A DNA stretch of 64,000 bases, taken from positions 67,146,001 to 67,210,000 of the forward strand of contig NC_043004.1 in the NCBI RefSeq assembly GCF_006345805.1, written 5' to 3'. The DNA is from Octopus sinensis. Its lineage: Eukaryota. The notes below the pieces were generated by a model that was not told the DNA's origin, made no database searches, and was given only the letters and a program-made list of their open reading frames with translations. Below are positions 12,480-26,384 of the stretch, piece by piece. A program made the position numbers and the translations under genes. Position 1 is the stretch's first letter. The number at the start of each line of letters is the position of its first letter.

Positions 12480-15400
12480 GAACACCTAACAAAAAATTTA
12501 GAAACATAAATATCTCCAGTTTTGTGTGAACATTTTGTCGTCCCTTCTTCCTTGACTATCAGAATATGTAAAAATGCCTTTTATTGTAACAACACAATTA
12601 AATACACGATAAAAAAAATAATGGAAGTAAGCACCTGCTAATATATACATACTGCATATATACAACTACAAAAACTGTAAACCAGAGCAAAACTTTTAAA
12701 AATATAGGAAAACTTCCAAAAGAAAAAGAAATTCAGAAATCCAACAAGGTGAACCTGCTCTTCCTCCTACTGTTCCCAAAGACTGGAATTTCTACAACTC
12801 TCTGTAAATATTTTAAATCTCCTTCCAAATAAAATAAGTTAGGAAACTTACATACCTACAGCTATCGAATGGTCAGCTTAAAATACGAAAAAAAAACAAA
12901 AAAAAAATCTTTAATATCTACAACTAATGTGCGACAACGTATCCTTTCCTCTCCCCCTGAGTATTCGAAAATGTAACTTTCATCCTCCCTTTTATTCCCA
13001 GAACACTATCATTTCTCTCTGTGCAGTCATACAAAAGACCATATTTAGTAAATCTTAGAACTTTACTAGCCACAACTTCTTTCTTTTCTTTTTGACTCTC
13101 CCCGAGTATTCGAAAATGTAAACATTCTTCTTCCCATGGCGAAAGACTTATTGTATTTTCCGAATGGACTGACAAACGAACATCTCAAAAATACTTAAAA
13201 TACTTTAAAACTTTAATATAGAACTGGACGTAACCCACAACCGGAATATTCCAACAGAGTGCCATCCATGCCCGTCACCAAATAATCAAAAGAAAAAAAA
13301 AGGAAAAATGGTGTAAGGAACATAATAAAGAAGTTCTTGCGGCCTTCTACCATGCCATATATTTCCCAACAGATAAATCTAACACTGTACAAATCTACTT
13401 AAACTGAAGCAAGACCCTACATAGACAGTAAAAAACTTGCCAACGTCAGAAGAAACATTATAAAAAAACTTACTGACTGAAGTAGAGATTGACCAAATTA
13501 AACAAGTGGTAACGGATAAAATGAACGAAACTGCAGCTAAAGAAGATAATACAAAGGAAATAATTATAGATCAGGCCAGGGCTGATAAAAACGAAGTAAG
13601 GATTGAAAGAGTTAGTATAAGTGATAGGCAAAGTGAAATACTCCCTAAACCAATCATAAACACCAAGACAGATGAACATCAAATAGATGAAGAAAGTCAC
13701 ACAAATATTGACCCAACAGAATTACATGAGCTAAAAATTCAAATCATGATTGAATGGCTGAAAAGTAAAGAAACCAGTATGGATGAACACGATACACTCC
13801 CTAAAATTCGCAACTCTAAACAAAACATGAAAATAATTGGTAAAATCCGGCTTGCACTTAAGGATATAATTTCAGCTAATGATGTTGATATCACAGATCT
13901 CAACCACCTATACTATGCATCCACGAAAATCTCAACGATCCTATGTGGTGAAAAGATTAGAAAACGGCAACATTCCCACAAAAAACCTTCTTGGCAAGAG
14001 CGTATCCAACAACAAATTAAACTATTTAGATCTGACATTGAATATTTGAAAAACCTTAAGGTTGACAAGACTACCAAACATACAAAAACCCGAAAATTAA
14101 TGAAAAAATATAATATGAAAACTATACTTGATATTGATACCACCATAGAAACTATCAAGCAAAAGGTATCTGCTAAAGCTGCCCGCATAGCGAGGTATGA
14201 AAAGCGTGTTAGATTCTTCAAAGACAACATGTCCAAAAATAACCCCAAAATTTTTTACAGGAAGATAGAAAATACACCAGTTACTGTAAAGTCTGTAGCA
14301 TCAAAAGAAGAAGTGCAGGGATTTTGGAATAAAATTTGGGCAGAAGAAAAAACACACAACGAAAATGCCCCCCGGATTGATAGAATATCTACAGAACTGG
14401 ACTCCTTAGAAGAGCAAAAGTGGGAGGGTGTCAAGGTAGAAGATGTAAGATCTGCTCTCGGGAGGTCGAGCAAATGGAAGTCTCCAGGAAAGTATAAAAT
14501 TCCTAACTTCTGGTTGAATGCCTTCCCAGAGAGCCATGAACTGCTAACAGAACTTTACAATGATGTTTTGCAACACCCTAGTAGGATGCCTCATTTGCCA
14601 GTTAATGGGTTAACATTCCTGCTTCCAGAAAGGGAAGAAACAAATGAACCAAAAAACTATAGACCCATAACCTGCTTAACGACTATGTACAAAACACTAA
14701 CATCTGTCCTGACGGAATATACCTATAGTTTTTTAACAGACAGCAGCATATTCCCTAATGAACAGAAAGGATGTAAACGTGGATCCTATGGTTGTAAAGA
14801 TCAACTACTCATCAATAAGATGATCTTAGAAGATTGTCACAAACGACACAAAAACTTATCAATAGCCTGGATAGACTATAAAAACGCTTTTGATAGCCTA
14901 CCACATAGCTGGATTAAGAAATGCCTGGAAATGTATAAGATAGCACCTACTCTGCGAAACTTTTTGTCTGTAAGTATGAGATCATAGAGAACCACACTAA
15001 ATTTGAACAGTGACAATGAATCTCTAAATGCTGGTAAAAATTTCATATGGCATTTTCCAGGGTGACTCACTATCACCACTGCTCAATCACGCGCAGTACG
15101 GATATAAAATGTTTGATAAAAATATAAATCATCTCATTTACATGGATGATTTAAAGCTCTTTGTAAAAAATGATCAACAACTCAAGGGCTTACTAGCGAT
15201 TGTTAAAAAATTCAGTGATAACATCAGAATGCAATTTGGCCTCGATAAATGTGCAAAAGCTACCTTTATCAAAGGAAAAATGACAGAAACATCTAACGTT
15301 AACCTTGACCAGCAGAATGTCATAAAAGAATTAGACCCAGCGGAGAGCTACAAGTACCTAGGGGTAATTGAGGGGGGACGGAATAAGGCATTCAGTGATG

Positions 15401-15720
15401 AAGGAAAGGATCAGGAGAGAATCTTATCGCAGAGTAAGAGCAATACTAAAGACAGAGCTGAATGCGAGAAACAGGATCGAAGCGATAAATGCTTTAGCCA
15501 TGCCAGTCGTGACTTACAGTTTCAATATCGTTAACTGGTCAATTACTGAAATATGTAATCTTGACAGAAAAATACGAAAACGGTTGACAATGCATAGAAT
15601 GCACCACCCTAAGGCAGATACAGAACGACTTTATTTGCCAAGAAAAGAGGGAGGCCGTGGACTTTACAGCTGGCAATAACAATGAAGATTGCTACAATTT
15701 GCCTAGACACCTACCTGAAT
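12480..15720 (+). mobile_element. Degraded R4/Dong-clade non-LTR retrotransposon: 5' UTR plus RT ORF, 3' (REL) end missing
   Basis: Starts right after (AAT)n. N-terminal KRKKWCKEHNKEVLAAFYHA...KLANVRRNII (~13290-13470). ORF 13506-14987 has KSPG, NYRPITCL, EQKGCKRGSYGCKDQLLI, WIDYKNAFDSLPHSW. Later frames give FQGDSLSPL, YMDDLKL, FGLDKCA, YKYLGV, RLYLPRKEGGRGL. In-frame TAG at 14985 and frameshifts near 15035 and 15375. Confidence 0.95.
13506..15700 (+). pseudogene. Broken reverse transcriptase ORF of the R4/Dong element
   Basis: Track ORFs 13506-14987, 15028-15534 and 15368-15679 are collinear RT/thumb segments in different frames. Confidence 0.9.
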
Positions 15721-15879
15721 TATTAGTACGGCAACTAATGGACTTAATCTTGAAAGCGCTACAAAAAATCTGAGGCCCATGTATTGTGGCATCTTACAGT
15801 GTTTCAATGCCACCGAGATCCTTTTCGACCAGGGTTGAAAAAAACAAAATATCATTCAAGTACTGGATACGAACGTATA

Positions 15880-16202
15880 CCTATTTCTTTACTACCCACG
15901 TATACCTATTTCTTTACTAAATATACAAGGAACAAACAAGGAAAGACAAACGGATTAAATCGATTATATCTATTTCTTTACTACCCACAAGGGGCTAAAC
16001 AGAGAGAGGACAAACAAGAACAGACAAACGGATTAAGTCGATTACATCGACCCCAGTGCGTAACTGGTACTTAATATATCGACCCCGAAAGGATGAAAGG
16101 CAAAGTCAACCTCGGCGGAATTTGAACTCAGAACGTAGCGACAGACGAAATACTGCTGAGCATTTCGCCCGGCGTGCTAACGTTTCTGCCAGCTCGCCGC
16201 CT
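15880..16202 (-). mobile_element. SINE family B, long form, with duplicated 3' tail
   Basis: Full head ggcggcgagctggcagaaacgttagcacgccgggcg; the tail tacctatttctttacta occurs three times (15888-15985). Confidence 0.85.
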
Positions 16203-16950
16203 TAAATTTGAACTTAGAACGGGTAAAGTTTGAAAGATATATCGATAAAAATTTCCCGTTCGGCGTGGTAACAACTTCACCAGCTCGCCACGCTACACGA
16301 ACGTATACCTACGAGCCTAACATAATAGACAACTGTGCCTTGAGCAAATAATGAACTGTTATTATATGCAAAAGGCTTTGCACACATATTCATTCTGTTT
16401 TCATTAGGAAATCAAGTGCTCCATTATTATGAGTGTCCTTCTATACTTTTAACCTTCTAGACAATGATTAGAGGGAAACACTATTTCTATTCCTTTAAGA
16501 TTCTTGGTGGGGGTGAATCTGCAGACTAATTCCTTGACCCTATGTAATTTTTTTTCATAACTATGTTAAATAAATTTTGACTTGACTAACGACAAATGCA
16601 ATGATTCAAGACAGGATGTGAACAACCAAAATTAAAGTTGTCTGCCTCTCTGCACAATTTAGCTGAGGCAGGAAATTAAACGCAAATTGAAATACTAGTA
16701 AATACTACGGCAATTAATTACAAAATGTTACGCGATAAAATCAACAGGAATATAGAAAACGAAATGTTCTGAAAGTACTGTAGTTTTAGGAGGTCACAGA
16801 ATTGTACACGTACACACATTCACACATATGCGCACTCACAAGCACACAAACACGCACACACTCATACGCACGCATACAAACACTCACACACGTTTACCTA
16901 TATATATATGTGTGTGTATATATGTATATATATGTATATATATATATATA

Positions 16951-17046
<96 letters not shown>

Positions 17047-17050
17047 TATA

Positions 17051-17171
17051 CATCAGGAAAATGTTGATTGTTATATTGTAAAGTTTAGAAGAACGGCTGT
17101 ACTAAGAAAATATCAACTTTTAATCACCGCATTTCATTCTAGCTAGGTTATATCTTAAGGTTTTGTAATGT
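17051..17171 (+). repeat. ~120 bp direct duplicate of 18361-18481
   Basis: catcaggaaaat...ttatattgtaaagtttagaa...ggctgtactaagaaaatatca...caccgcatttcattctag...ggttatatcttaaggttttgtaatgt in both copies, roughly 90% identical by eye. Confidence 0.9.
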
Positions 17172-17223
17172 ATATATATATATAATATATATATATATAT
17201 GTATATGTGTGTATATACATTAT

Positions 17224-17278
<55 letters not shown>

Positions 17279-17342
17279 CATATACCTACATATTATATAT
17301 ATATATATGTATATGTGTATATACATATATATTACATATAAG

Positions 17343-17391
<49 letters not shown>

Positions 17392-17448
17392 ATATATATA
17401 TATAATGTATATTTATATATACATATATATACATATATGTATATGTGT

Positions 17449-17855
17449 AGGCGCAGGAGTGGCTGTGTGGTAAGTAGCTTGCTAACCAACCACATGGTTC
17501 AGGGTTCAGTCCCACTGCGTGGCATCTTTGGCAAGTGTCTTCTACTATAGCTTCGGGCCGACCAGAGCCTTGTGAGTGGATTTGGTAGACGGAAACTGTA
17601 AGAAGCCTGTCGTATATATGTATGTGTGTGTATATGTTTGTTTGTCTGTGTTTGTCCCTCTAGCATTGCTTGACATCCGATGTTGGTGTGTTTATGTCCC
17701 CGTTACATAGCGGTTCGGCAAAAGAGACCGACAGAATAAGTACTGGGCTTACAAAAAGAATAAGTCCCGGGGTCGAGTTGCTCGATTAAAGGCAGTGCTC
17801 CAGCATGGCCGCAGTCAAGTGACTGAAACAAGTAAAAGAGTAAAGAGTAAAGAGT
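17449..17855 (+). mobile_element. Full-length tRNA-derived SINE family A with internal microsatellite
   Basis: taggcgcaggagtggctgtgtggtaag...gggttcagtccc (B box)...caagtgtcttctactatagc...(TA/TG)n...gtgctccagcatggccgcagtc...gaaacaagtaaaagagtaaagagt tail. Confidence 0.9.
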
Positions 17856-17874
17856 ATATATACATATATATATA

Positions 17875-17904
<30 letters not shown>

Positions 17905-17906
<2 letters not shown>

Positions 17907-17948
17907 CCTTATTTACTGTGGTTAACCCCGACTCAACCCGGGACCTAC

Positions 17949-17951
<3 letters not shown>
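17905..17951. repeat. Solo arm of the 43903-44095 palindrome family within (TA)n
   Basis: taccttatttactgtggttaaccccgactcaacccgggacctacata matches 44049-44095 exactly. Confidence 0.9.
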
Positions 17952-17979
<28 letters not shown>

Positions 17980-18150
17980 TATAATATATATATAATATAT
18001 AATATTATATATATATATATGTATATATATGTATATATACATATATATATATATGTGTGTGCTTGTGTGTATATATATATATATATATGTGTGTGTTTGT
18101 GTATATATATATATATATGTATGTGTATAATATATATATATAATATATAT

Positions 18151-18205
<55 letters not shown>

Positions 18206-21200
18206 TAAAAGAAGATATATTGATAGTATTTTTATCAAATTTGGGATGATGACTGATGGAAAATAAGCAAATTTCAGATTAGCGTTTTATTTTTGAGCCG
18301 ATCATTCCTTATCGACATTGAAAACCTATCTCGATTATGAAATCAGAATTCCATTAGACACATCAGGAAAATTTTGAATGTTATATTGTAAAGTTTAGAA
18401 CAGCGGCTGTACTAAGAAAATATCACCTTTTTATCACCGCATTTCATTCTAGCCAGGTTATATCTTAAGGTTTTGTAATGTGATTTCAGAAGGAAGCCGG
18501 TTAATTTTAAGCCTTTCAGCACGTCAGATATCTATAGCTGATGATAAAAAATATTATATTCGACATCTCCCGCAAAGATGGATTTTTGGAGGTGCAGCGT
18601 AAAAAAATACCTGAATAAAGACATATGTTGTATAATACCACATAAACTTCCATTATGATGGATATGACTGGATATTCGTAGAAAGGAAGACCGTAAAACA
18701 TGAGTTTTTGCTCTATGTTATATAAAGCTGTCGTATCATAAATAATCCTGACTTCTTTTTGAAAAAATACTGTTTTAACACTTTGAAGGTAAGAAAAGGA
18801 ATGCTTTAAATAAAATGCATAGATATGACACAAAGAGAGACACACAGACACTGCACACATATATGTACAAGTGCCTATGAAGAAGTGTATGTGTATAACT
18901 ATATGTGCGTGTCTGTGTGTGTGTGTGTGTGTGTTGCATATTCTGTGTTATCTCTATATATGCACATGCCTATGTGCATGTAGGTGTGTGTATGTACTAT
19001 TTCAACAACACAGAACAAAGCTGTTTTAAGAAATACTTCTTATTTTCCTGAATACCTCCTGAGGAATGTAAAGCCATCATATCAATAAGTCTGGAAATAT
19101 TGTGTACTCTCTAAAACCACATTACCTACAGGATTATTATGACGTTCCCCTTGAATTAGTGACCACGTACAAGACAATTTTTTTGTCTCGTACCGAATGC
19201 ATATGACGACCACTGATTTCCAAATTAATATAAAATCATTATTTAAATTTTATTTCAAATTGTTGTGGGATAACTTAGCCCTCTATCGTAGGGACATTAA
19301 TTACCGGAATGCGTTTAAGCTGTTCACTGATCATCGCAGGAATTATTCGTACCGAATTTGGAAATTGCATCATTTCTTTTCATATCATAATTAGCATATA
19401 TGTGTGTGACGATTGAGAGCGAGATCCGATAAACATATGTAAGCATACATCTTTGTCTTTTACATTCAAGAAAATACTTTCGAAATCGTACGTTACGTGA
19501 GAATTTTCAACTCTTGTCTTTGCAGACCACATCACCTCACAAGTTCAACACTACATAACGTTGTGTTACGTTCCACACACACACAATGAATTCTGAATAG
19601 TTTCCGATGAAATTTGATTTCATGCAGGATTGTACTTTAGTATCAATGACGTTGGCACTAGATTTGAGGTTTCTCTAAATATTCCAGTTATTGCCATCAG
19701 CCAACGTTTACACGTTGCTTTTTCAGACATTGATCAACATCCAAGTCACCTCAGATATTCAGTATGTAGATGAAAATGCGACTGTCTGTTGCGAACATCG
19801 GGAACCCATAAACCAGTAAAAACTTTCACCAGACCTATTAGCGACTGAGCCTCACTGTGTATATAAAAAAAGCAATGATCCTCGCCCTAACTGGCTGAGA
19901 ATTGATCATCCGAATTTCAATATCACCATCTCTCTTATACCTACTCGAGCATGTTTATTACGTTTCCCATCTTAGAACCTTTCAATAATGTGCATGTATT
20001 TCTGAATATGACTCAATAATTCCGAACCCATTCTGTGAAATACAAACAAAGACTTGTCCCTACAGTATTTTCAAACTTGGGGAACGATCTTTTAAAGACA
20101 AAGAGCTCTCTCAGAAAGATGCTTGAATCCTCCTCGTAAGACTATAATACGGTTGATGAAACATAGAAACGTTATTTACGCGACATCAATAAGTTGCATT
20201 GTTTCTACCAATAAATTCCCCGCAAGTATTAAATAAGAATACTGCATAAATGCTAATCTTGAAAATATCCAACTGTCGATGTATATACTCTACTATTATG
20301 AAACACCGGATACAATGGTCAAAACATGTTAGAACGTGAAGCAAAGGCGATTTAGTCACCGAATGTTCTTCAATAAATTAATCTCAAAATTACGTTTTCT
20401 GCAAATCATAAAATTATTAGATGTACTCAAAGTATTGAAAGAAACTCATATATTCTATGTATATTTATAGTATATTTTGTTCTTTAGGTCAGCTCAGACA
20501 AGACAGGATATATGATGTACAACGGGAGCAGTAACATTAACTTTATATCTGGAAAATTCTTGAGAAATGTTGACGAATTCACATAACCTGAAGGTAAAAT
20601 TTGAAGGTAAGATCTGTCCGCAAGTGCTGCTCACGTCCGAATCATCAAAGACGGAGTAGCTTTAAATAAATAATCAAATTACTGTATACCTAAGCTTCCA
20701 TTACATTTGAAACGTAATTCCTTTGGTGTAATAACATCACCCTACGGAACACTATGGTGTATATTTTCTCTGAGAGATTTAAATTGAATATTATTTCATA
20801 ATTGGTTTTGAACAATAAGATCTGCAGTCGCAGATGTGTAATGTGTACGGGAGCCAGGTCTGAGTTTTAACTCTGTCTTATTTGCGTAGATATCTTACAA
20901 GTGTTTCTTTCAATAGAGATATAAATATACAGGTCTTCAGGGAGTTGAAATAACAATTTGTATGGTATAATGAATCAATATATTCGGGAGATTGTGAAAG
21001 TGGCTGAGTATCATCTAGTCTTGAATTTTAGTCCAACCCACTTCATGCCTATAAAATGTAAGTGCGTTCCTGGAGAAAGAAAGTTATTTGGTTGCTATAT
21101 ACTTCATTTGGAATACTAACCATTTGCAATATCATATGGCAGAATACGTTACTTTTTTTAGTTATGATTTTTCTGAAGCTGTGTATGGTTATAGACATGT

Positions 21201-21574
21201 TACCGTTCTTTAGCAGATCACAAAGAGTTGATATTAATACGGATGTTTGTCTTTGTTTAGCATAGCATAAGAAGAATTTGGAAAATAATTTCGATCTTGT
21301 TAACTGACAAAGCTTTACATAGATTCCATTAAGCACCAGTTCAATGGACCTCATAGCTACACACACGCGCGCACACGCTCCCACACATGTAGAGAGAAAG
21401 ACTAAAAGACAGACTGATAGATAGATTCATTAATAGAAAGATAGATAATGTGTATATGTATATATAGATATGAATACATGTACACACACACGCACACGTA
21501 TATATGCATACGTACACAGAGACGCACACAATGAAAAATGCACACGCATATAAACGAATTTCATCATTTACGCC

Positions 21575-21799
21575 TTTACTTTTTTCAGTCATTTGACTGT
21601 GGCCATGCTGGAGCACAGCCTTTAGTCGAGCAAATTGACCCCAGGACATATTCTTTGTAAGCCTAGTACATATTCTATAGGTCTCTTTTGCCGAACCGCT
21701 AGGTTACGGGGGCGTAAACACACCAGCATCGGTTGTCAAGCGATGCCAGGGGGACAAATATAGACACACAAACATATACACACACATATACATACATAT

Positions 21800-21868
<69 letters not shown>

Positions 21869-22053
21869 CATATACATATACATATACATATATACGACGG
21901 GCTTCTTTCCGTTTCCGTCAACCAAATCCACTCACAAGGCTTTGGTCGGCCCGAGGCTATAGTAGAAGACACTTGCCCAAGGTGCCACTCAGTGGGACTG
22001 AATCCGAAACCATGAGGTTCGTAAGCAAGCTACTTACCACACAGCCACTCAGC
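21575..22053 (-). mobile_element. Full-length SINE family A
   Basis: Reverse complement of the family A consensus; internal (TA)n ~21770-21895. Confidence 0.9.
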
Positions 22054-23042
22054 TCTATGAGATTCAATGTGCATCCAATAACAGTCTTTCGAGGAATGTG
22101 TGTAATGTCCGAATGCTAAACCATATATTCGATGACCAAAACTGTCAATATCATTAGTGAAATGCCTTGTTTTTGTTCGACTGTATATATTATGCCTTAT
22201 CTTGGTTGTGTAGCCGTTTATTAATTCGTTTCAACTGACCTCTATCAGTACAGTAAAACTAAAACAACTGTCAGTGCAATGACACGTGAGAAGAGTCAGC
22301 CAATGAATGTATAGAGTTCACTATAGTAATATTTTATTTCGAAATGGATAAGTGAACGTCCGTTATGACTTTTCTATTGATATGTGATTATATTGTTCTC
22401 AAATGTCACACCCAACAATTTTCTTTCATCAAATATTTAACACTTACGTTCGATATTGTCTTCGTATTTTCTGTTTTATTTCGAAAGAAAAAAAAACCGT
22501 AATTATTTTCACACATTATACTTGTATATTGCTTCGTGAAGACACTTCAAAATACAACATGATCTACACAAATTGCCACACAGAGGTACACGTTCACATA
22601 AATTCAGGTACACAATGAGCGTAAATATAGTTAGGGTGTCCAAACAAAGACACAAATACACACACGCACGTACAAACATATATACGCACATACTGATGTA
22701 TACACGAATATTTAAATAAATTCATGCATTTGTACAGACACATGCATAGCTGCATAAGATTTTTTGCACAGAGATGCAAAGCGCTCAATATACGTCTGAG
22801 GTTGATAAACGTACATACTCTTATAAATCACTGTTGATAAATGGATTTACATTATCAACGAAAAACAATATGAAAAGAAAATACCATCTCTTCATAATTC
22901 GCATACACTAAGCCTCATTTTTAGTCAAGAGATATTAGCAATAGCGGTGAAAGATTCTCTACCTGACGAAAGGTTTTCATATATCTACGAATGAATAATG
23001 TTCGGAAAACTACTTTCGAAAACAATTACATTCAGAAAACCC

Positions 23043-23129
<87 letters not shown>

Positions 23130-23329
23130 GCAGAAACATATAGGTGCGTAAACAAGCATGGATGCATACATATATTTATGCTTATATTTGTAAATATATA
23201 AATAGCATCAGAGATGTCCTTCCCGCTTCTTGATATATATATGTTTTTTATATGACAGTTTTAGCGTTGTGTATACATTTTATATGATGGGAAGTTGATG
23301 ATAACCTTTATTATTGATAGTAGAAGTTA

Positions 23330-23830
23330 TAACTTCATTGTTGTTGATGTTACTTGTATCCTCTCCATTTAGGATTGGTCTTATTTCTTGTAGAATTTAT
23401 ACAGTTAGCGGGTTACTTTATGTAACCTTAGGTAGCACATGATTTCAATAAGCCATCAAGAGCTTAAAGCACTTCAGATGATCTTTCCTGTTCCGATGAG
23501 ACAAACCTTTTGCCGAAGCTCTACAGGATATATCATTTTGACCTCCTGTATACACTTGTCTACGTCATCACTCACAGTCTGTGATGCACCAATTATAACA
23601 GGCATTATCTTTGAATATATCAGGTTCCAAATCCTGATAATCTCACGTTTAAAGGGGTTGTATTCTTTCTACTTTTCATCTGCATTCTTCACAATCCTAG
23701 TATCTGATACACATGATGGATCAGTCACTGAGCAAATTCGATTTTCCAATTCAAGTAGGGATATATTTGGTTTATTTTCCAACTTCTAATCCATTTGAAT
23801 GCGAATTATTCCACAAAAACCTACATGTTT
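23330..23830 (-). mobile_element. R4/Dong-clade LINE 3' fragment (REL endonuclease)
   Basis: Minus strand approx. ENKPNISLLELENRICSVTDPSCVSDTRIVKNADEK...PFKREIIRIWNLIYSKIMPVIIGASQTVS...RQKVCLIGTGKII, a KPD...D...KY.DL-type REL relic; (AAC/AAT)-rich tract at 23890-23965. Confidence 0.75.
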
Positions 23831-24234
23831 CTAACTCATGTATTCATTCTACCCGATGATTGAACTATGTACTTCCTACATGAACACCCCATTACTATTA
23901 TTATTGTTATTGTTGTTGTTGTTGTTATTGAAGTTGCTGCTGCTTCTGCTGTTGTTGTTAGTAGTGATTTTTACGTCTAGGTAACGTGTCATCCCGCCAT
24001 TCTGATAGACAGTCATGGCTAGTAGTTGCCACGTAATATGCTTGAAACAGGTTTATATTGTTTATCCTTTTCATGTTGATTTGTCAGCATGATTCGCATA
24101 AATGTGAGCGAGTTGCATACATGAACATAGACTAGTTTTAAATTTTAGCGCAATGAGAGCAATTAGAGTACTTAAGTCGAATGAATAAACACCATTGCTC
24201 AACTTGTCCATACTGTTTCGCCTCAAAAAGGCTG

Positions 24235-24345
24235 AAAGGCAAAGACCATCCTGGGATTAATGTGAACTCAGATAGTAATGACGGACGAAATGCCGCGAAG
24301 AATTTTGCCCGACGTACTAACGATTGAGCCAGCTTGCCGCCTTTC
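24235..24345 (-). mobile_element. SINE family B 5' fragment
   Basis: Reverse complement of aaggcggcaagctggctcaatcgttagtacgtcgggcaaaatt... Confidence 0.65.
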
Positions 24346-25139
24346 ACATGAATATATATTGGAATATTAGTTTGCAATAAAGTAAATAGCCGTAAATGAT
24401 ATAGGTAATTGTATCATTGTGATGTATACATAATCTGCCTTGATATTTAGAGACTTGGAAAATACCAATGGAAGTGCAGTTAGTCGAAAATTCCACTTAC
24501 CTGATGCCAGTAGGTTTCAGGGGTCATCAAGAGAATATACACCGTGTCCGATCTTTTATCTCGAAGGCGTTTCAGTGCACCGGACATCTTTACTGATTCA
24601 CTTATGTGAGGTCCCACCGACCGTATTCGGTATCACATCCATTATGGGATCGTCTCGTTTGTAAACAAGTTTACTTCTTTAAACCCAACGACCTTTCGAT
24701 AACCTCTTCTTCTGACTTATCCGTCTGACCTTGCTTAGGGCATTGAATCAACTGCAGTTTCCTTTATTCTATTTCTCTAGATTTAAGTGACAGTAACTGC
24801 GGCTCTGCGCACCTTCTGAGTGATCTTTGAAAATTGTTTAAATGGATTCCAACGAACACTTTTCTGATCATATTGAACGATGAACAATCGGTACTATTAT
24901 AATATCAATTTCACTGCACGCCATTTTCATGTAGTTTTGACATGTGGTGGATTGTCTACCTCTTCAGAATTCATCAGCATCATGATTGTTTGCACTTTCG
25001 AGCTACATACATGTGCACGATTGATCAAATATGTAGCTGAAGAGGATTTCGCTTTCGATATAGCGCTCAATTATTATTATTTCAACGTAGAGCAAGGCAT
25101 TACTAGATGTAAATTCTATATTTTTGCCCAATGCGTGAC

Positions 25140-26350
25140 GTGGCTGTGTGGTAATTAGCTTACTTACCTACCACATGGTTCCGTGTTCAGTCCCACTGCG
25201 ATGTATCCTGGCCAAGTGTCTTCTACTATAGCCTCGGACCGACCAAAGCCTTGTAAGTGGATTTGGTAGACGGAAACTGAAAGAAGCCCGTCGTATATAT
25301 GTATATCTGGATATATATAAAACTGAGAATGTGTGTCTGTCTGTTTGTCTGTCTGTCTGTGTGTTTCCCTAAAACTTGAGAACTACACAACCAATTTCAT
25401 TCAAATTTTACACATGCCTTACTTAGGGTCCATGTAGTTTCATGGGCAAAAAAATGTTCAACTTCTTGCCTAGAGCGAGCCCATAGCAATATCATATCTT
25501 CTCCACAATTTCAGTATTACGTGTTAAAATTGACACAAAAACATTTCTGTAATTTATGTCAGATACTTTCACTTTAACAATAAAATAATAAGAACAATTG
25601 AATTATGTGTAGTAAGTATTAATTAAAATCAAACTAAAGTATAATATAATCGTAACATAACAAAAGTAAAAATAGCAATTGGTATAAAATTGCATCAATG
25701 ACTTGAACTTGAATAAGTGGTTCACATGAATGGGAATAAATTAAAATTAAAATTAGCGTGCAGAAATGGAATAGTCCAGATGGATAATAAAAAATTAAAG
25801 TAAAGAAAAGACTATTGTCTATAAAGTATACAATGTAGAGAAAAAAGAGGATTTGAACACCTGGAGGAAAGCACCACCGAAAAGTGTCCTGGTGCGACTA
25901 TGAAAGATATCTAACCAGAGGCGGTAAATTCGCCACAATAGAAGCAAGGTTCGAGTCAACGGAGCGTGCAAGGGAGTACTCGACTCGAACATGCAAAGTG
26001 GAAATATTTTATTTTTACCTTTATATTTGGGACGTCGGACGTGCCGGATAAAAATTTAAAATGTCCCCATCTCAGAAGTTGAGATAGGCTGGATTGTAGC
26101 CACACTTGTATACAAGAGGGAGGACAAAATACAATTGAAATTTCAAGAGACGGGCTTACAATTCCAGTCTGTTATATATTTTGAGTATTGTTATCACTAG
26201 CGATATCAAAATATAACTTTGTATTTTGTATTTTGTGTAGATGTATATATATAGATGTACATGTAATATGTACACATGTATATATACACATATATACATG
26301 CACTAGCATTATGACCCGTCGTTGCCGGGTCATAATGCTAGTATATATAA

Positions 26351-26384
<34 letters not shown>

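Noticed and set aside
13913-15079. Minus-strand ORFs overlapping the Dong RT
   Set aside because: Antisense shadows of the LINE ORF.
19760-19830. LWVPDV on the minus strand, like the Cys-loop receptor WxPD motif
   Set aside because: Flanking residues do not fit the fold and stops are frequent; a 6-residue match is expected by chance.
20488-21057. Good-looking splice sites (20487 acceptor, 20603 and 21057 donors)
   Set aside because: No open frame spans the putative exons; cannot be supported without RNA data.
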